Positions 42,986-54,208 of a stretch of DNA of 64,000 nucleotides are shown here, in pieces (the stretch's first letter is position 1; each line of letters starts with the position of its first letter). The notes under the pieces were generated by a model that did no database searches, had not been told where the DNA came from, and worked only from the letters and a program-made list of their open reading frames with translations. The position numbers and the translations under genes were made by a program. Source of the DNA: an uncultured delta proteobacterium (GTDB taxonomy: Bacteria > Desulfobacterota > Desulfobacteria > Desulfobacterales > Desulfosalsimonadaceae). The stretch covers positions 1-64,000 of the forward strand of contig CAWGYD010000001.1 in the NCBI GenBank assembly GCA_963826785.1. The letters are read 5' to 3'.

Positions 42986-45239
42986 ATGCAGAATCAAGAC
43001 AGGCAGAAACGGAGTATAACTCGCATCGGGTGCCTCGTATGGATCTTTATGCTCATGGCGGCGATCCCCGCCGGCGCGGCGACGGTTCAAAATGTCAAGA
43101 TCGAGGGGAATCAGCGCATCGAAGATGATGCGATCCTGAGGGTGATCCAGACCCGTCCCGGGATCGAATACGACCCGGCGATGCTGTCCGCCGATCTGGA
43201 ATCCATATACGAAATGGGATACTTCGATGACGTCCGGGTGGAAGTGGAAGAAGGCGAAAGCGGCAACACGGTGATTTTCGATGTCAAGGAAAAGCCGACC
43301 ATCCGGTCGATCGAAATTTCAGGCAACAGCGTCTATGATGACGAAAAAATAAAAGAAAACATCGATATCAGCGAAGGCTCCATCCTCAACATCTTCAAGA
43401 TCAAGCGCAATATCAAGATGATTGAGTCCCTGTACAAGGAAAAAAATTATCACAATGTCAAAGTGACTTACCAGATCGAACCGCTGGAGCACAACCAGGC
43501 GAACCTGAAATTTGACATCGAGGAAGGCAAAAAGATCCGGATCAAGAAAATCCGTTTTGACGGCAATAGTGCCTATAGCGCCAAGAAACTGAAGAAGATC
43601 ATGAAAACTTCAGAGAAAGGGTTCTGGTCCTGGCTGACCTCCTCGGGGGAACTCGATCCGGAGCAGCTGCAGCAGGATGTGAACCAGATTGCCGAATTTT
43701 ACCACGACAACGGATATGCCACGGCCCGCGTGGGAGAACCGAATATTTCCTTCGAAGAAGACGGGATCTATATCGATATTAAAATCAACGAAGGGCCGCG
43801 ATTCAAGATGGGGAAGGTCCGGCTGGAAGGTGATTTTATCGATGCCGGAATCCGAACTGCGATCGAAGCTTGGCATTGTCAAAGAAGAATATTACAACCG
43901 GTCGGTCATCCGTCAGGACGTGATCACCCTCACCGATGTTTATGCGGACAAGGGGTATGCGAATGCCGATGTCATGCCGGAAGTGACGGAGCACCCGGAA
44001 GAAAAGACCATCGATCTGACCTACCATATCAAAAAGAATCAACCGGTTTATTTCGAAAAAATTATCATCTCCGGCAATACCAAGACCCGGGATAAAGTGA
44101 TCCGGCGGGAACTGGACGTATTCGAGCAGGAGCTCTACAGCAGCAATCGGCTCAAACGGAGCATCCGGAATCTGTATCGCCTGGATTACTTTGAAGATGT
44201 CAAGGTAAAGACCCTGCCCGGCACCACCGAAAATGACATGGTCCTGCAACTCGAGGTGGAAGAGAAACCCACCGGCACCTTTTCCTTCGGGGCGGGCTAC
44301 AGCGGCGTGGACAAGCTGTATGTCATGGCGTCCGTAGCGGAGCGAAATTTTCTGGGACGCGGCCAGTTCATGGAACTGAAGGTGCAGACCGGCAGCGCCT
44401 CCCGGCAGTACTCGTTTGATTTTACCGAACCGTGGCTTTTCGACATCCCTTTGTCGGCCGGAGTCAACGCCTATAAATGGGAACGGGAATACGATGACTA
44501 CGACCGGGACAGCACCGGCGGCGGGATCTCCTTCGGCTACCCGCTGTTTGATTATACCCGCGGCTATATCAAATACGGCTATGATGCCAGCAACATCAGC
44601 AATCTGTCCGAGGACATATCCCCCTATGTTTACGCAGGCGACAATGTGCAAAGCTCCGTTTCCCTGAGCATGGTGTACGACTCCCGGAACCGGGTATTCA
44701 ATCCCACCGAAGGGTCCCGCCACCAGGTCACCCTGCAGTACGCGGGACTTGGCGGTAATATCGGTTTTTCCAAGATTATCGCCGAAGCCGGCCGGTATTT
44801 CCCTCTGTTCTGGGGGACCGTGGGATATCTGCACGGGGAGGCCGGATATGTCAGGGAAAACTCGGGGATGGATCTGCCGGACTGGGAGCGGTTTTACCTG
44901 GGCGGCATCAATTCCCTGCGGGGGTTTGACTGGCGGGAGGTATCGCCGGTAACGGACACCGGGGTCGAAATCGGCGGAACGGAATACGTGCAGTTCAATA
45001 TTGAATACCTGTTTCCCATCATAAAGGATGCCGGGTTGATGGGACTGGTTTTTTATGATACAGGCAACGCCTGGGCCAGTGAAGGCCATTCCTACAGCGG
45101 GCTGCGGGAGAGCGCCGGATTCGGCATCCGCTGGTATTCCCCCATGGGGCCGCTGCGGCTTGAAAGAGGCTATATTCTCGACCAGAAACCGGGAGAGGGC
45201 AACGGCAGATGGGAATTTTCCATCGGCGGTTCTTTTTAA
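42986..45239 (+). CDS. bamA: Outer membrane protein assembly factor BamA; +1 frameshift at ~43841
   Basis: POTRA domains in 42986-44095 join 43689-45239 (GNTKTRDKVIRRE, LGGINSLRGF, WYSPMGPL, terminal F) after removing one G in TTT ATC G ATG CCG. Confidence 0.92.
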
Positions 45240-45284
45240 GCAACAGAAAAGAAAGAGCAGTTAACAGGCAATAAGGAGTGACGC

Positions 45285-45809
45285 ATGAAATCGAATAAAA
45301 TCTTCTGGATGATCATGATCATGGCGGCGGTTGTCGCGATGCCGGCATACGGAGCGGATATCGCCAAAATCGGGGTAGTCGATTTTCAGAAAATTCTGAC
45401 GGAATCGGAAGCGGGAAAGGCAGTCCAGGAGAAGATTCAGAAAAGAGGCCGTGAAATGGAGACCAGTCTCAAGGATATCGGTTCCCAGATCGAAGCGCTC
45501 AATGATCAGCTGAGCCGGGAAGCCATGGTCATGAGCAAGGAAAAGCGCGACGAAAAGCAGCGGGAACTGGAAATCAAAAAATATGACTTCCAGTCGATGC
45601 AGAAAAAATTTCAAGCTGAATTCAGGGACATGGAAGGGCAGATGATCGACAAGCTGCAGAAGGAAATCCTGGCCCTGGCCGAACAAATCGGAAAAAAAGA
45701 AGGATACCTGCTGATCATCGAAAAAAGTGCGGTGGTCTATTACCCGTCTACCATCGACTTGACCGACCAGCTGATCGAGCAATACAATGCCAGCCATCCC
45801 AAGCCATAA
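45285..45809 (+). CDS. skp: Periplasmic chaperone Skp/OmpH
   Basis: KIGVVDFQKIL, coiled coil, IDLTD; positioned after bamA. Confidence 0.92.
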   Translation: MKSNKIFWMIMIMAAVVAMPAYGADIAKIGVVDFQKILTESEAGKAVQEKIQKRGREMETSLKDIGSQIEALNDQLSREAMVMSKEKRDEKQRELEIKKYDFQSMQKKFQAEFRDMEGQMIDKLQKEILALAEQIGKKEGYLLIIEKSAVVYYPSTIDLTDQLIEQYNASHPKP

Positions 45810-45828
45810 TGATTTGCAGGCATAACTG

Positions 45829-46860
45829 ATGGAGATAAAACTTGGGGATCTGGCGCAAGCCATCGGAGCCGATTTTTCAGGGGATGCGGACAAGACCGTC
45901 ACGGGGGTGGCTCCGTTTGATCAGGCGGGCGCCAACGATATCACCTTTGCGGAGTCTGCATCCATGCTCAAGCGGCTTTCGGAATCAAATGCCGGCGCCG
46001 TGATCGTCTCGAAAAAATATGACGGGCCGGCGCCGATGGATCTGCTGCTTGCCGACCACCCGCGCCTGGCATTCGCCCGGGCCATGGCCTTGTTCCACCC
46101 GCCGCGTCCGCCAAAAGAAGCGCGCCATCCCTCCGCGGTGATCGGCGATGATGTTCAATTGGGCAAAGACGTGCAAATCGGCGCAAATGTGGTGATCGGC
46201 AGCCGGGTGCAACTGGAGGATCGTGTGGTGATTTGCCCGAACGTGGTCATCGGAGACGGCGTCTTTATCGGCGCCGATACGCTGATTCACCCCCAGGTCA
46301 CCGTGTATGACGGCACCCGGATCGGCCGGCGGGTGATCATCAATGCCGGTTCGGTGATCGGCAGCGAGGGATTCGGGTTTGTGCACGATGGCAAAATGCA
46401 TGTCCGGATTCCCCAGGTCGGGATCGTTGAAATCGAGGATGACGTCGAGATCGGCGCCCTGAACACGGTCGACCGGGCCACCTTCGGCAGAACCTGGATC
46501 CGGTCCGGGGTCAAGACAGACAATCATGTCCAGATTGCCCACAACGTGGAAGTGGGGGAGAATACCATCATCGTGGCCCAGGTGGGGATTGCCGGCAGCG
46601 CCCGCATCGGCAGAAACGTGATTCTGGCCGGTCAGGCCGGGATTGCCGGTCATATCAGCATCGGTGACGGGGTCACCGTGGGGCCCCAGGCCGGCGTTGC
46701 CCGACCGGTGCCAGACGGACAGATCGTGTCGGGAACACCCGAGATTCCCCATCGTTTATGGCTGCGGGTACAGCAGTTGATCCCCAAGCTTCCGGAATTG
46801 AAAAAGAAGATCGATGACATGGGAAAGCGGCTCGAAAACCTGGAAAAAAACAGCCGGTGA
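45829..46860 (+). CDS. lpxD: UDP-3-O-acyl-glucosamine N-acyltransferase
   Basis: Hexapeptide repeats, GSEGFG, DN.VQIAHN. Confidence 0.95.
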   Translation: MEIKLGDLAQAIGADFSGDADKTVTGVAPFDQAGANDITFAESASMLKRLSESNAGAVIVSKKYDGPAPMDLLLADHPRLAFARAMALFHPPRPPKEARHPSAVIGDDVQLGKDVQIGANVVIGSRVQLEDRVVICPNVVIGDGVFIGADTLIHPQVTVYDGTRIGRRVIINAGSVIGSEGFGFVHDGKMHVRIPQVGIVEIEDDVEIGALNTVDRATFGRTWIRSGVKTDNHVQIAHNVEVGENTIIVAQVGIAGSARIGRNVILAGQAGIAGHISIGDGVTVGPQAGVARPVPDGQIVSGTPEIPHRLWLRVQQLIPKLPELKKKIDDMGKRLENLEKNSR

Positions 46861-46873
46861 ACCAACATGATGA

Positions 46874-47353
46874 ATGAGGACCCAATCCGTCATGAACGCG
46901 TTTGAGATCAGCGATATTCTTCAAGTGCTGCCGCACCGGTATCCGATGCTGCTGGTGGACCGGGTGATCGAACTGGTACCGGATTGCCGGATCGTCGCCA
47001 TTAAAAATGTGACCATCAATGAACCTTTTTTCCCGGGGCATTTTCCGGATAACCCCATCATGCCCGGGGTTTTGATCATCGAAGGGATGGTCCAGGCCGG
47101 GGCCATCCTGCTCAAAAAGAGCCTGCCGGCCGAGTTTGAAAACCGGATCTGTTTTGCGGGAATCGATGAAGCCCGCTTCCGGAAGCCGGTACTTCCCGGT
47201 GATCAGCTGGTATTTGAAGTCAGTATCCTGAAGAAACGTTCCAAAATCATCAAAATGGGGGCCAAAGCCTTCGTGAACAAGGTGAAAGTCGCCAATGCGG
47301 AAATCATGGCCATCATCGGAGGGGAAAATGATCCATCCAACAGCAATTGTTGA
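46874..47353 (+). CDS. fabZ: 3-hydroxyacyl-ACP dehydratase
   Basis: LPHRYPMLLVD, GHFP..PIMPGVLIIE. Confidence 0.95.
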   Translation: MRTQSVMNAFEISDILQVLPHRYPMLLVDRVIELVPDCRIVAIKNVTINEPFFPGHFPDNPIMPGVLIIEGMVQAGAILLKKSLPAEFENRICFAGIDEARFRKPVLPGDQLVFEVSILKKRSKIIKMGAKAFVNKVKVANAEIMAIIGGENDPSNSNC

Positions 47354-48098
47354 CAAGAATGCGGAGTTAGGCGCCAATGTCCAGGTGGGGCCGTTTTCGA
47401 TCATCCGGGAAAACGTCACCATCGGGGACGGAACCTTTGTCGGACCGCACGTCACCATTGATCCTTTCACCCAAATCGGCCCCAACTGCCAGATATACCA
47501 GTACGCATCCTTAGGCACCGTCCCCCAGGCCATCCGATTCAAAGGGGAGGAGACCTATCTGAAGATCGGCGCCAATACCATCATCCGGGAGTTTGCCACC
47601 TTGAATCGGGGCACCGAATTCGGGGGCGGCATCACCGAGGTGGGCGAATCCAATTTCCTAATGGCCTATACCCACGTGGCCCATGACTGCCGGATCGGCC
47701 GGGGGGTCGTCCTGGCCAACAATGCCACCCTTGCCGGACACATCGTCATCGGCGATCACGTGATCATGGGCGGGCTGGTGGCCATACACCAGTTTGTCCG
47801 CATCGGCGATTTTGCCTATATCGGCGGAAAATCAGCCGTGGTCAAAGACATTCCCCCCTATGTGATTGCGGCCGGGGACCGGGCCACCCTGCATGGATTA
47901 AACAAGGTGGGGCTGCAGCGAAACGGGTTTTCGGAAGATGCGGTGTCCCATCTGAAAAAAGCCTACCGGATCATATTCCGGATCGGGATGACCGTCAACC
48001 AGGCGGTGGAGCGGGTGCTTGCCGAGGTGGAGAATACACCGGAAGTCCTCAACCTGGTGAACTTCATCAAGACGACCCAGCGGGGAATCACCCGGTAG
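47328..48098 (+). CDS. lpxA: Acyl-ACP--UDP-GlcNAc acyltransferase
   Basis: MIHPTA, HVAHDC, LAGH, HQF. Confidence 0.95.
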   Translation: MIHPTAIVDKNAELGANVQVGPFSIIRENVTIGDGTFVGPHVTIDPFTQIGPNCQIYQYASLGTVPQAIRFKGEETYLKIGANTIIREFATLNRGTEFGGGITEVGESNFLMAYTHVAHDCRIGRGVVLANNATLAGHIVIGDHVIMGGLVAIHQFVRIGDFAYIGGKSAVVKDIPPYVIAAGDRATLHGLNKVGLQRNGFSEDAVSHLKKAYRIIFRIGMTVNQAVERVLAEVENTPEVLNLVNFIKTTQRGITR

Positions 48099-48110
48099 GG
48101 TGATCACCGG

Positions 48111-48938
48111 ATGAAGATGAATCACCGTATCGGACTGATCGCCGGAAGCGGCCCCTTTCCCCTGGTGTTTGCCCAGAAGGCGAAAAACAAGGGGTTTGAT
48201 GTCTATGCCATCGGATACCACAATGAAACCGATCCGGCGCTTGCACATCACGTGGCGCATTTTGAATCCATCCATATCGGCCAGGTCAAACGGCTGCTGA
48301 ACTATTTCAAATCCAACGGGGTCAGTGAAGCGGTGATGATCGGCGCCATCAAAAAGCCCGGCTCCATCTCCGAGATCAAACCCGATTTAAAGGCCATCGC
48401 CCTGATCGCCGGCATGCGGCACAACACCCATGACGATCGCATTTTGCGGGCGTTTGCCAAGGCCCTGGAAGACGAGGGAGTGAAAATCCGGCCGTCGACT
48501 TTCCTGATTCCGGAGCTGCTGGCGCCTGAAGGGTGCTGGACCCGGAGGCGGCCGACGAAAACAGAGCAGTCCGATATCAACCTGGGGTGGAAAATGGCCA
48601 AGGCCATCGGCCGTCTGGATATCGGGCAGTGCGTGGCGGTGCAAAACGGCACCGTCATGGCCGTGGAAGCGGTGGACGGGACCGACGCTACCATCAAGCG
48701 GGCCGGCCGTCTGGCCAGAGGAAATGCGGTGGTGGTCAAAGTCTGCAAACCGATCCAGGATTTTCGTTTCGATGTGCCCGCGGTGGGGACGCAAACCCTC
48801 CGGAGCATGAAAGAAGCCGGGGTGTCGGTTCTGGCCATCGAGGCGAACCGGTCCCTGGTGTTTGACCGGGAGGCCATGGTGGACCTGGCGGACCAGTGGA
48901 AGATGACGATTGTGTCCATGGCCGGCCCGGAACAGTAA
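48111..48938 (+). CDS. lpxI: UDP-2,3-diacylglucosamine diphosphatase LpxI
   Basis: IGLIAGSG.FP, DIGQ, AVEA.DGTD, QD.RFD.P.VG. Confidence 0.9.
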   Translation: MKMNHRIGLIAGSGPFPLVFAQKAKNKGFDVYAIGYHNETDPALAHHVAHFESIHIGQVKRLLNYFKSNGVSEAVMIGAIKKPGSISEIKPDLKAIALIAGMRHNTHDDRILRAFAKALEDEGVKIRPSTFLIPELLAPEGCWTRRRPTKTEQSDINLGWKMAKAIGRLDIGQCVAVQNGTVMAVEAVDGTDATIKRAGRLARGNAVVVKVCKPIQDFRFDVPAVGTQTLRSMKEAGVSVLAIEANRSLVFDREAMVDLADQWKMTIVSMAGPEQ

Positions 48939-49073
48939 ATGCAAGCCGGGTTGGCTTAAGATCAGTGCGCGTTGATGCGCATGTGCACGCGGGTCTGAGG
49001 CAATATTTCCGAATGGCCGGAGACAGGCGCCTGTTGCGGGTGTGGAAATTGAAAAGATGAAAGGATCGATATA

Positions 49074-50030
49074 ATGGCGAAAGTCCGGGCCGGAGTGGTG
49101 GGAGTGGGATATCTGGGTAAATTCCATGCCCAGAAATATGCCGCCATGGAAAATGTGGAACTGGCCGGGGTTGCCGATGTCAATTTCGAGCAGGCGAAAG
49201 CCGTCGCCCAAGATGCCGGGTGTACGGCATATGGCGATTTCAAAGATCTTTTCGGAAAAGTGGATGCCGTCAGTGTCGCGGTCACCACGCCGGCGCATTT
49301 TAAAATCGCCAAGGGGTTTTTGGAAAACGATGTCGACGTGCTGATCGAAAAGCCGATTACCACCACCCTGGAAGAGGCGGATGAACTGATCCATATTGCC
49401 AAAAATCGGGGCCGCATTATCCAGGTGGGGCATCTGGAACGGTTTAACCCGGCGGTCATGGCCATCAAGCCTGTCGTGGACCACCCCATCTTCATCGAAT
49501 CCAACCGGTTGAGCTTCTACAAGGACCGCGGCACGGATGTCAGCGTGGTGCTGGACCTGATGATCCATGATATCGACATCATATTGAGCTTCGTGCATTC
49601 AAAGATCCGCTATTCGCATGCCATGGGGGTTTCGGTGGTATCAAACAAGCTGGACATCGCCAACGCGCACCTGGAATTTGAAAATGGCGCGGTGGCCAAT
49701 GTCACCGCCAGCCGGATTTCCAGCAAGAGCGAGCGCAAGATCCGTCTGTTCCAGAAAAACGGATATATCTCGGTCGATTTCGCCAATCGATCCATCATCC
49801 ATGTCCGGCCCGGAGCCGATGACCCCAATTGTCCCATTCCGGGCATGCACATGGAGGAAAAATCTTTTGCCGAGGGAGACGCCCTGGCCGCTGAAATCAA
49901 ATCGTTTATAGAGGCGGTGATCCATCGGCGGACACCGGAAGTGACCGGCGAAATGGGCCGCGATGCACTCGAGGTGGCGCTGAGTATCACGTCCCAGATC
50001 AAAGAAACCAGCCGATATTTCAATTTATGA
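49074..50030 (+). CDS. gnnA: Gfo/Idh/MocA oxidoreductase, probable UDP-GlcNAc 3-dehydrogenase GnnA
   Basis: GVGYLG.FHA, EKP, GHLERFNP, DLMIHD; positioned between lpxI and lpxB. Confidence 0.75.
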   Translation: MAKVRAGVVGVGYLGKFHAQKYAAMENVELAGVADVNFEQAKAVAQDAGCTAYGDFKDLFGKVDAVSVAVTTPAHFKIAKGFLENDVDVLIEKPITTTLEEADELIHIAKNRGRIIQVGHLERFNPAVMAIKPVVDHPIFIESNRLSFYKDRGTDVSVVLDLMIHDIDIILSFVHSKIRYSHAMGVSVVSNKLDIANAHLEFENGAVANVTASRISSKSERKIRLFQKNGYISVDFANRSIIHVRPGADDPNCPIPGMHMEEKSFAEGDALAAEIKSFIEAVIHRRTPEVTGEMGRDALEVALSITSQIKETSRYFNL

Positions 50031-50034
50031 TGCC

Positions 50035-51228
50035 ATGAGCCCGCCATCTGAAACCCGAAACATCGTGATCATCGCCGGCGAAACGTCCGGGGATGCGCAT
50101 GGGGCCCACCTGGTCCGGGCCATGAAGAAAAGGGATGAATCCCTTTTTTTTGTCGGCATCGGAGGTGAACGGCTAAAGGCCGAAGGCGTGGACATCATCA
50201 TGGACGCGGCGGAGCTTTCCGTGGTGGGGATCACCGAGGTGTTTTCCAAGATTTCGAAGGTGCTTCAGGGGATCGGCGAAGTCAAAAGGATCATGCGCGA
50301 ACGCCGGCCGGAGTTGATCATCCTGATCGATTTTCCGGATTTTAATCTGCTCATGGCCCGGTATGCCAAAAAACGCAACATCCCGGTGCTCTATTATATC
50401 AGCCCGCAGATCTGGGCCTGGCGCTCGGGGAGGATCAAGCAGATCAAAAAATACGTGGACCGGATGGCGGTCATCCTTCCTTTTGAAGCGGCTTATTACC
50501 GCAACCAGGGCGTTTCGGTGAATTTTGTGGGGCACCCCCTGCTCGATTACTACGAAGACTCTGGCGAAAACGCGCAAAAACAGCCGGGGTCGCCGCCGGT
50601 GATCGGGATTCTGCCGGGGTCCCGCCGCAGTGAAATCGAGAAAAATCTGCCGGTCATGCTGGCAGCCGTCAGCCTCCTGCAGCGCCGGTTTCCCGAAATG
50701 CAATTCTTGATTTCGCTGGCGCCTTCCATCGACCGGCAATGGGTTCAATCCTTCATCACCCCCTACACCGGGACCTGCCGGATTGAACTGGTTGCACAAG
50801 GAGTCGCGAAGATATTTGAAAAAGCCGATCTCATCGTCGCCGCGTCCGGAACGGTCACACTGGAAATCGCCATGCACGGGATTCCCATGGTCATCGTGTA
50901 CCGCATTTCACCGGTGAGTTTCATGCTGGGCCGGGCGCTGATCAATGTCAGCCATATCGGTCTGGTCAACCTCATCGCCGGTGAGCCGGTGGCGCCGGAA
51001 CTCATCCAGGAGCAGGCCAACCCGAAACGGATCGCCGCCGCTGTGAGCCAAATGATTGAAAATCCGGAAGAGACCGAGCGCATCCGGGAGAAACTCCGCT
51101 CGGTGCGTGCGCGCCTGGGGCAGCCCGGTGCCTCGGAAAAAACCGCGGATATCGCCATGTCGATGCTTGAACCGAGAGCTTCCATTGATCGCGACCCGGT
51201 CCAATTGCACCCCCAAAGCGAATTTTAG
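50035..51228 (+). CDS. lpxB: Lipid-A-disaccharide synthase
   Basis: AGETSGD, IDFPDFN, SPQIWAWR, LPGSRRSE, SGTVTLE. Confidence 0.96.
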   Translation: MSPPSETRNIVIIAGETSGDAHGAHLVRAMKKRDESLFFVGIGGERLKAEGVDIIMDAAELSVVGITEVFSKISKVLQGIGEVKRIMRERRPELIILIDFPDFNLLMARYAKKRNIPVLYYISPQIWAWRSGRIKQIKKYVDRMAVILPFEAAYYRNQGVSVNFVGHPLLDYYEDSGENAQKQPGSPPVIGILPGSRRSEIEKNLPVMLAAVSLLQRRFPEMQFLISLAPSIDRQWVQSFITPYTGTCRIELVAQGVAKIFEKADLIVAASGTVTLEIAMHGIPMVIVYRISPVSFMLGRALINVSHIGLVNLIAGEPVAPELIQEQANPKRIAAAVSQMIENPEETERIREKLRSVRARLGQPGASEKTADIAMSMLEPRASIDRDPVQLHPQSEF

Positions 51229-51234
51229 CTAAAA

Positions 51235-53019
51235 ATGGCCAAAACACCGATTCTGAAAAAGAGACACCAGCAGCTGTTGGAATACATCAAGGGAAGCTGG
51301 TTCAAACTGGGACTCTCCATGGTGTGCATGCTGTCGGTTGCCGCCACCACTTCGGCCACGGCCTACCTGGTGAAGCCCGTTTTAGACGATATTTTCATGA
51401 AACAGAATGTCTTCATGCTCAAGCTGCTTCCCCTGCTGGTCATGATCATTTTCGTTGTCCGCGGGGTGGCCATGTACGGGGAAGAGTACCTCATGAACTA
51501 TGTGGGGGAAAATATCATCCGGCAGCTCAGAGACAGTCTGTATGTGCGGATTACCGATCTTTCCCTTTCATTTTTCCATGCCGAACGGACCGGCGGCCTG
51601 ATGTCGAGGATCACCTATGATGTCAATATCATCAAAAACATGGTGTCCACGGCGGTCACCGGCGCGCTCAGGGACTGCTTCACCGTTGTCGGGCTGATGG
51701 TGGTCATTTTGTACACCGACTGGAAGCTTGCGTTCCTGGCATTTGTCATCCTGCCGGTCGCATTTTTTCCGGTGGTCAAGTTCGGCCGACGGGTCAGGCG
51801 CTTTTCCACCCGCAGCCAGGAGAGCATGGCCGATATGAATGCCTTTCTGCACGAGACGTTTACCGGAAATAAAATCGTCAAGGCATTCGGCATGGAAAAC
51901 CATGAAAAAAAGACATTTTTCGCCAAGAATCGAAACGTGTTCCGGTTTGAAATCAAGTCCATACGGGCAAAGGCGCTGACCTCCCCGGTGATGGAAGTGC
52001 TGGGCGGCATCGGGGTCGCGCTGGTGATATGGTACGGCGGGTATCGGGTGGTCAACGGCAGTTCCACACCGGGGACATTTTTTTCATTCATGACGGCCGT
52101 CATGCTCCTGTACCCGCCGGTGAAAAAAATTTCCAAGCTCCACATCACCGTCCAGCAGGGGATGGCTGCCGCCGACCGCGTGTTTGACATCCTGGAAACC
52201 GACCCGGAGATCAAGGACCCCGAAGAACCTGCGGTGATGCCGTCCGGAACACACCGGATCCGTTATGAAAATGTGTCTTTTTCATATGACGGAGAGGAGA
52301 TGGCCCTGAAAAATATCGATCTGGCGGTGGATCCCGGGGAGATCCTGGCCATCGTGGGGATGAGCGGGGGCGGCAAGACCTCCCTGGTCAATCTGCTGCT
52401 GCGGTTCTATGATGTAAGCAAAGGCGCTATCAAGATCGACGGGATTGACATCCGGCAGCTGACGGTTTCGGATCTTCGATCCCAGATCGCCATCGTTACC
52501 CAGGAACCCATTTTGTTCAACGACACCATCCGCTGGAATATCGCATACGGCAAACCGGACGCCACCCAGGAACAGATCGAGGACGCGGCCCAGGCCGCCT
52601 ATATTTACAACTTCATCAAAAGCCTCCCCAAAGGATTTGATACGGTGATCGGGGAGCTGGGAAGCCGGCTTTCCGGAGGGGAAAAGCAGCGGATGTGCAT
52701 TGCCCGGGCGCTTTTGAAAAACGCCCCGATCCTGATTCTGGATGAAGCCACTGCGGCCCTGGACGCCGAATCCGAACGCCTGGTCCAGATGGCATTGGAA
52801 AACCTGATGAAGGGCCGGACCTCGTTTGTGATCGCCCACCGGTTTTCCACCATTGCCTACGCCCACCGGATCATCGTCATGTCAGCGGGGCGGATCGTGG
52901 AGGAGGGGACGCACGAGGCCCTGATGCGCCGGAAGGGGGATTACTACACGCTGTACCAGATGCAGTTTGCCGATAAAAACGGCCCGGCCTGCACGGACCG
53001 GTGCGCTGAAAACGCGTAG
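51235..53019 (+). CDS. msbA: Lipid A export ABC transporter
   Basis: TMD plus NBD, GMSGGGKT, LSGGEKQR, DEAT; lipid A context. Confidence 0.92.
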   Translation: MAKTPILKKRHQQLLEYIKGSWFKLGLSMVCMLSVAATTSATAYLVKPVLDDIFMKQNVFMLKLLPLLVMIIFVVRGVAMYGEEYLMNYVGENIIRQLRDSLYVRITDLSLSFFHAERTGGLMSRITYDVNIIKNMVSTAVTGALRDCFTVVGLMVVILYTDWKLAFLAFVILPVAFFPVVKFGRRVRRFSTRSQESMADMNAFLHETFTGNKIVKAFGMENHEKKTFFAKNRNVFRFEIKSIRAKALTSPVMEVLGGIGVALVIWYGGYRVVNGSSTPGTFFSFMTAVMLLYPPVKKISKLHITVQQGMAAADRVFDILETDPEIKDPEEPAVMPSGTHRIRYENVSFSYDGEEMALKNIDLAVDPGEILAIVGMSGGGKTSLVNLLLRFYDVSKGAIKIDGIDIRQLTVSDLRSQIAIVTQEPILFNDTIRWNIAYGKPDATQEQIEDAAQAAYIYNFIKSLPKGFDTVIGELGSRLSGGEKQRMCIARALLKNAPILILDEATAALDAESERLVQMALENLMKGRTSFVIAHRFSTIAYAHRIIVMSAGRIVEEGTHEALMRRKGDYYTLYQMQFADKNGPACTDRCAENA

Positions 53020-53026
53020 AACGGCC

Positions 53027-54208
53027 ATGAAATCCCTTGACCGATACCTGTTTCTTGAACTGATCCCGCCGTTTGTCTTAAACCTGGTGTTCTTCATGTT
53101 TGTATTTTTGATGCGCCAGATCCTCGATATCACCAACATGATTGTCAATTACCAGGTGGGAATACTGGCATTTGCATTCATGTTGCTGTTTTCAATGCCT
53201 TTTTTCCTGATTTACATTATCCCCATGTCGGTGATGATGGCGGTGCTGCTGACATTTCTGCGCATGTCCGGCGATAATGAGATCGTGGCGCTCAAGGCCG
53301 GCGGGATCAGCCTCTACCGGATGCTCCCGCCGGTGGTCCTGTTTTCCCTGGTCTGCACCCTGATTACCCTGTTCATGGCCGTTTACGGCATGCCCTGGGG
53401 GCAGCAGGCCTATAAGCGGCTGGCCCTGGAGGTGGCCCAGTCCAATTTCAACCTGGGCATCAAGGCGCGCCAGTTCAATGACAGTTTTGAAGGGGTCATG
53501 TTCTATGTCAATGAGGTCGATACTAAAACCCGGGCTTTAAAGGACATCTTCATCGAGGACCAGCGGGAAGCCGGTGCCAGCAGCACAGTGGTGGCACCCC
53601 GGGGAAACCTGCTTTCCGGGGCCGAACCCTACTCATTTGTATTGCGGCTTTATAACGGAACCATCAACCGGGTCAACCTCAAGGACAAGACGGCGCATAC
53701 CATTTCATTCGACACCTATGATCTGAGGCTGGATTTGAGCCAGGCGGTATCGGCGGTTCGCAGGGGGAAAAGAAGCGCAAAGGAGATGAGCCTTTCCGAA
53801 TTGAGGGAGCAGCTGAAATCCACGCCCCGGAAAGATCAGCGGTATTATTCCCTGCTGCTGGAATTTCACAAGAAATGGTCCATTCCGTTTGCCTGTATTG
53901 CCCTGGGCATACTGGCCGCACCGCTGGGGGTCCAGTCGAATACGTCCCGGAGGACTGCCGGTTTGGGCATCGGATTGACCGCCTTTTTGATTTATTATCT
54001 GATGCTGTCCGCCGGTCTGGTATTTGGGGAAACCGGCAATTACCCCCCCTTGATCGGGATGTGGGTTCCCAACATCATCATGGGCGGGGCGGGGATCTAT
54101 CTTCTGGTAAAGACCGCCAATGACCGGCCCATCGGGTTGTTGGAAATACTTAAAAAATGGCGGCGCCGGCTCGAAAATCTCATCAGAAGATGGGTTGCAT
54201 TCAAATGA
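53027..54208 (+). CDS. lptF: LPS export permease LptF
   Basis: LDRYLF.E, RMSGDNEIVALKAGG, W.PN. Confidence 0.92.
   Translation: MKSLDRYLFLELIPPFVLNLVFFMFVFLMRQILDITNMIVNYQVGILAFAFMLLFSMPFFLIYIIPMSVMMAVLLTFLRMSGDNEIVALKAGGISLYRMLPPVVLFSLVCTLITLFMAVYGMPWGQQAYKRLALEVAQSNFNLGIKARQFNDSFEGVMFYVNEVDTKTRALKDIFIEDQREAGASSTVVAPRGNLLSGAEPYSFVLRLYNGTINRVNLKDKTAHTISFDTYDLRLDLSQAVSAVRRGKRSAKEMSLSELREQLKSTPRKDQRYYSLLLEFHKKWSIPFACIALGILAAPLGVQSNTSRRTAGLGIGLTAFLIYYLMLSAGLVFGETGNYPPLIGMWVPNIIMGGAGIYLLVKTANDRPIGLLEILKKWRRRLENLIRRWVAFK

Noticed and set aside
43830..43850. Programmed ribosomal frameshifting or true pseudogenisation of bamA, tamB or the nucleotidyltransferase
   Set aside because: No slippery heptamer or stimulatory structure is evident. 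Several independent single-base indels in conserved or essential genes are better explained by assembly error.
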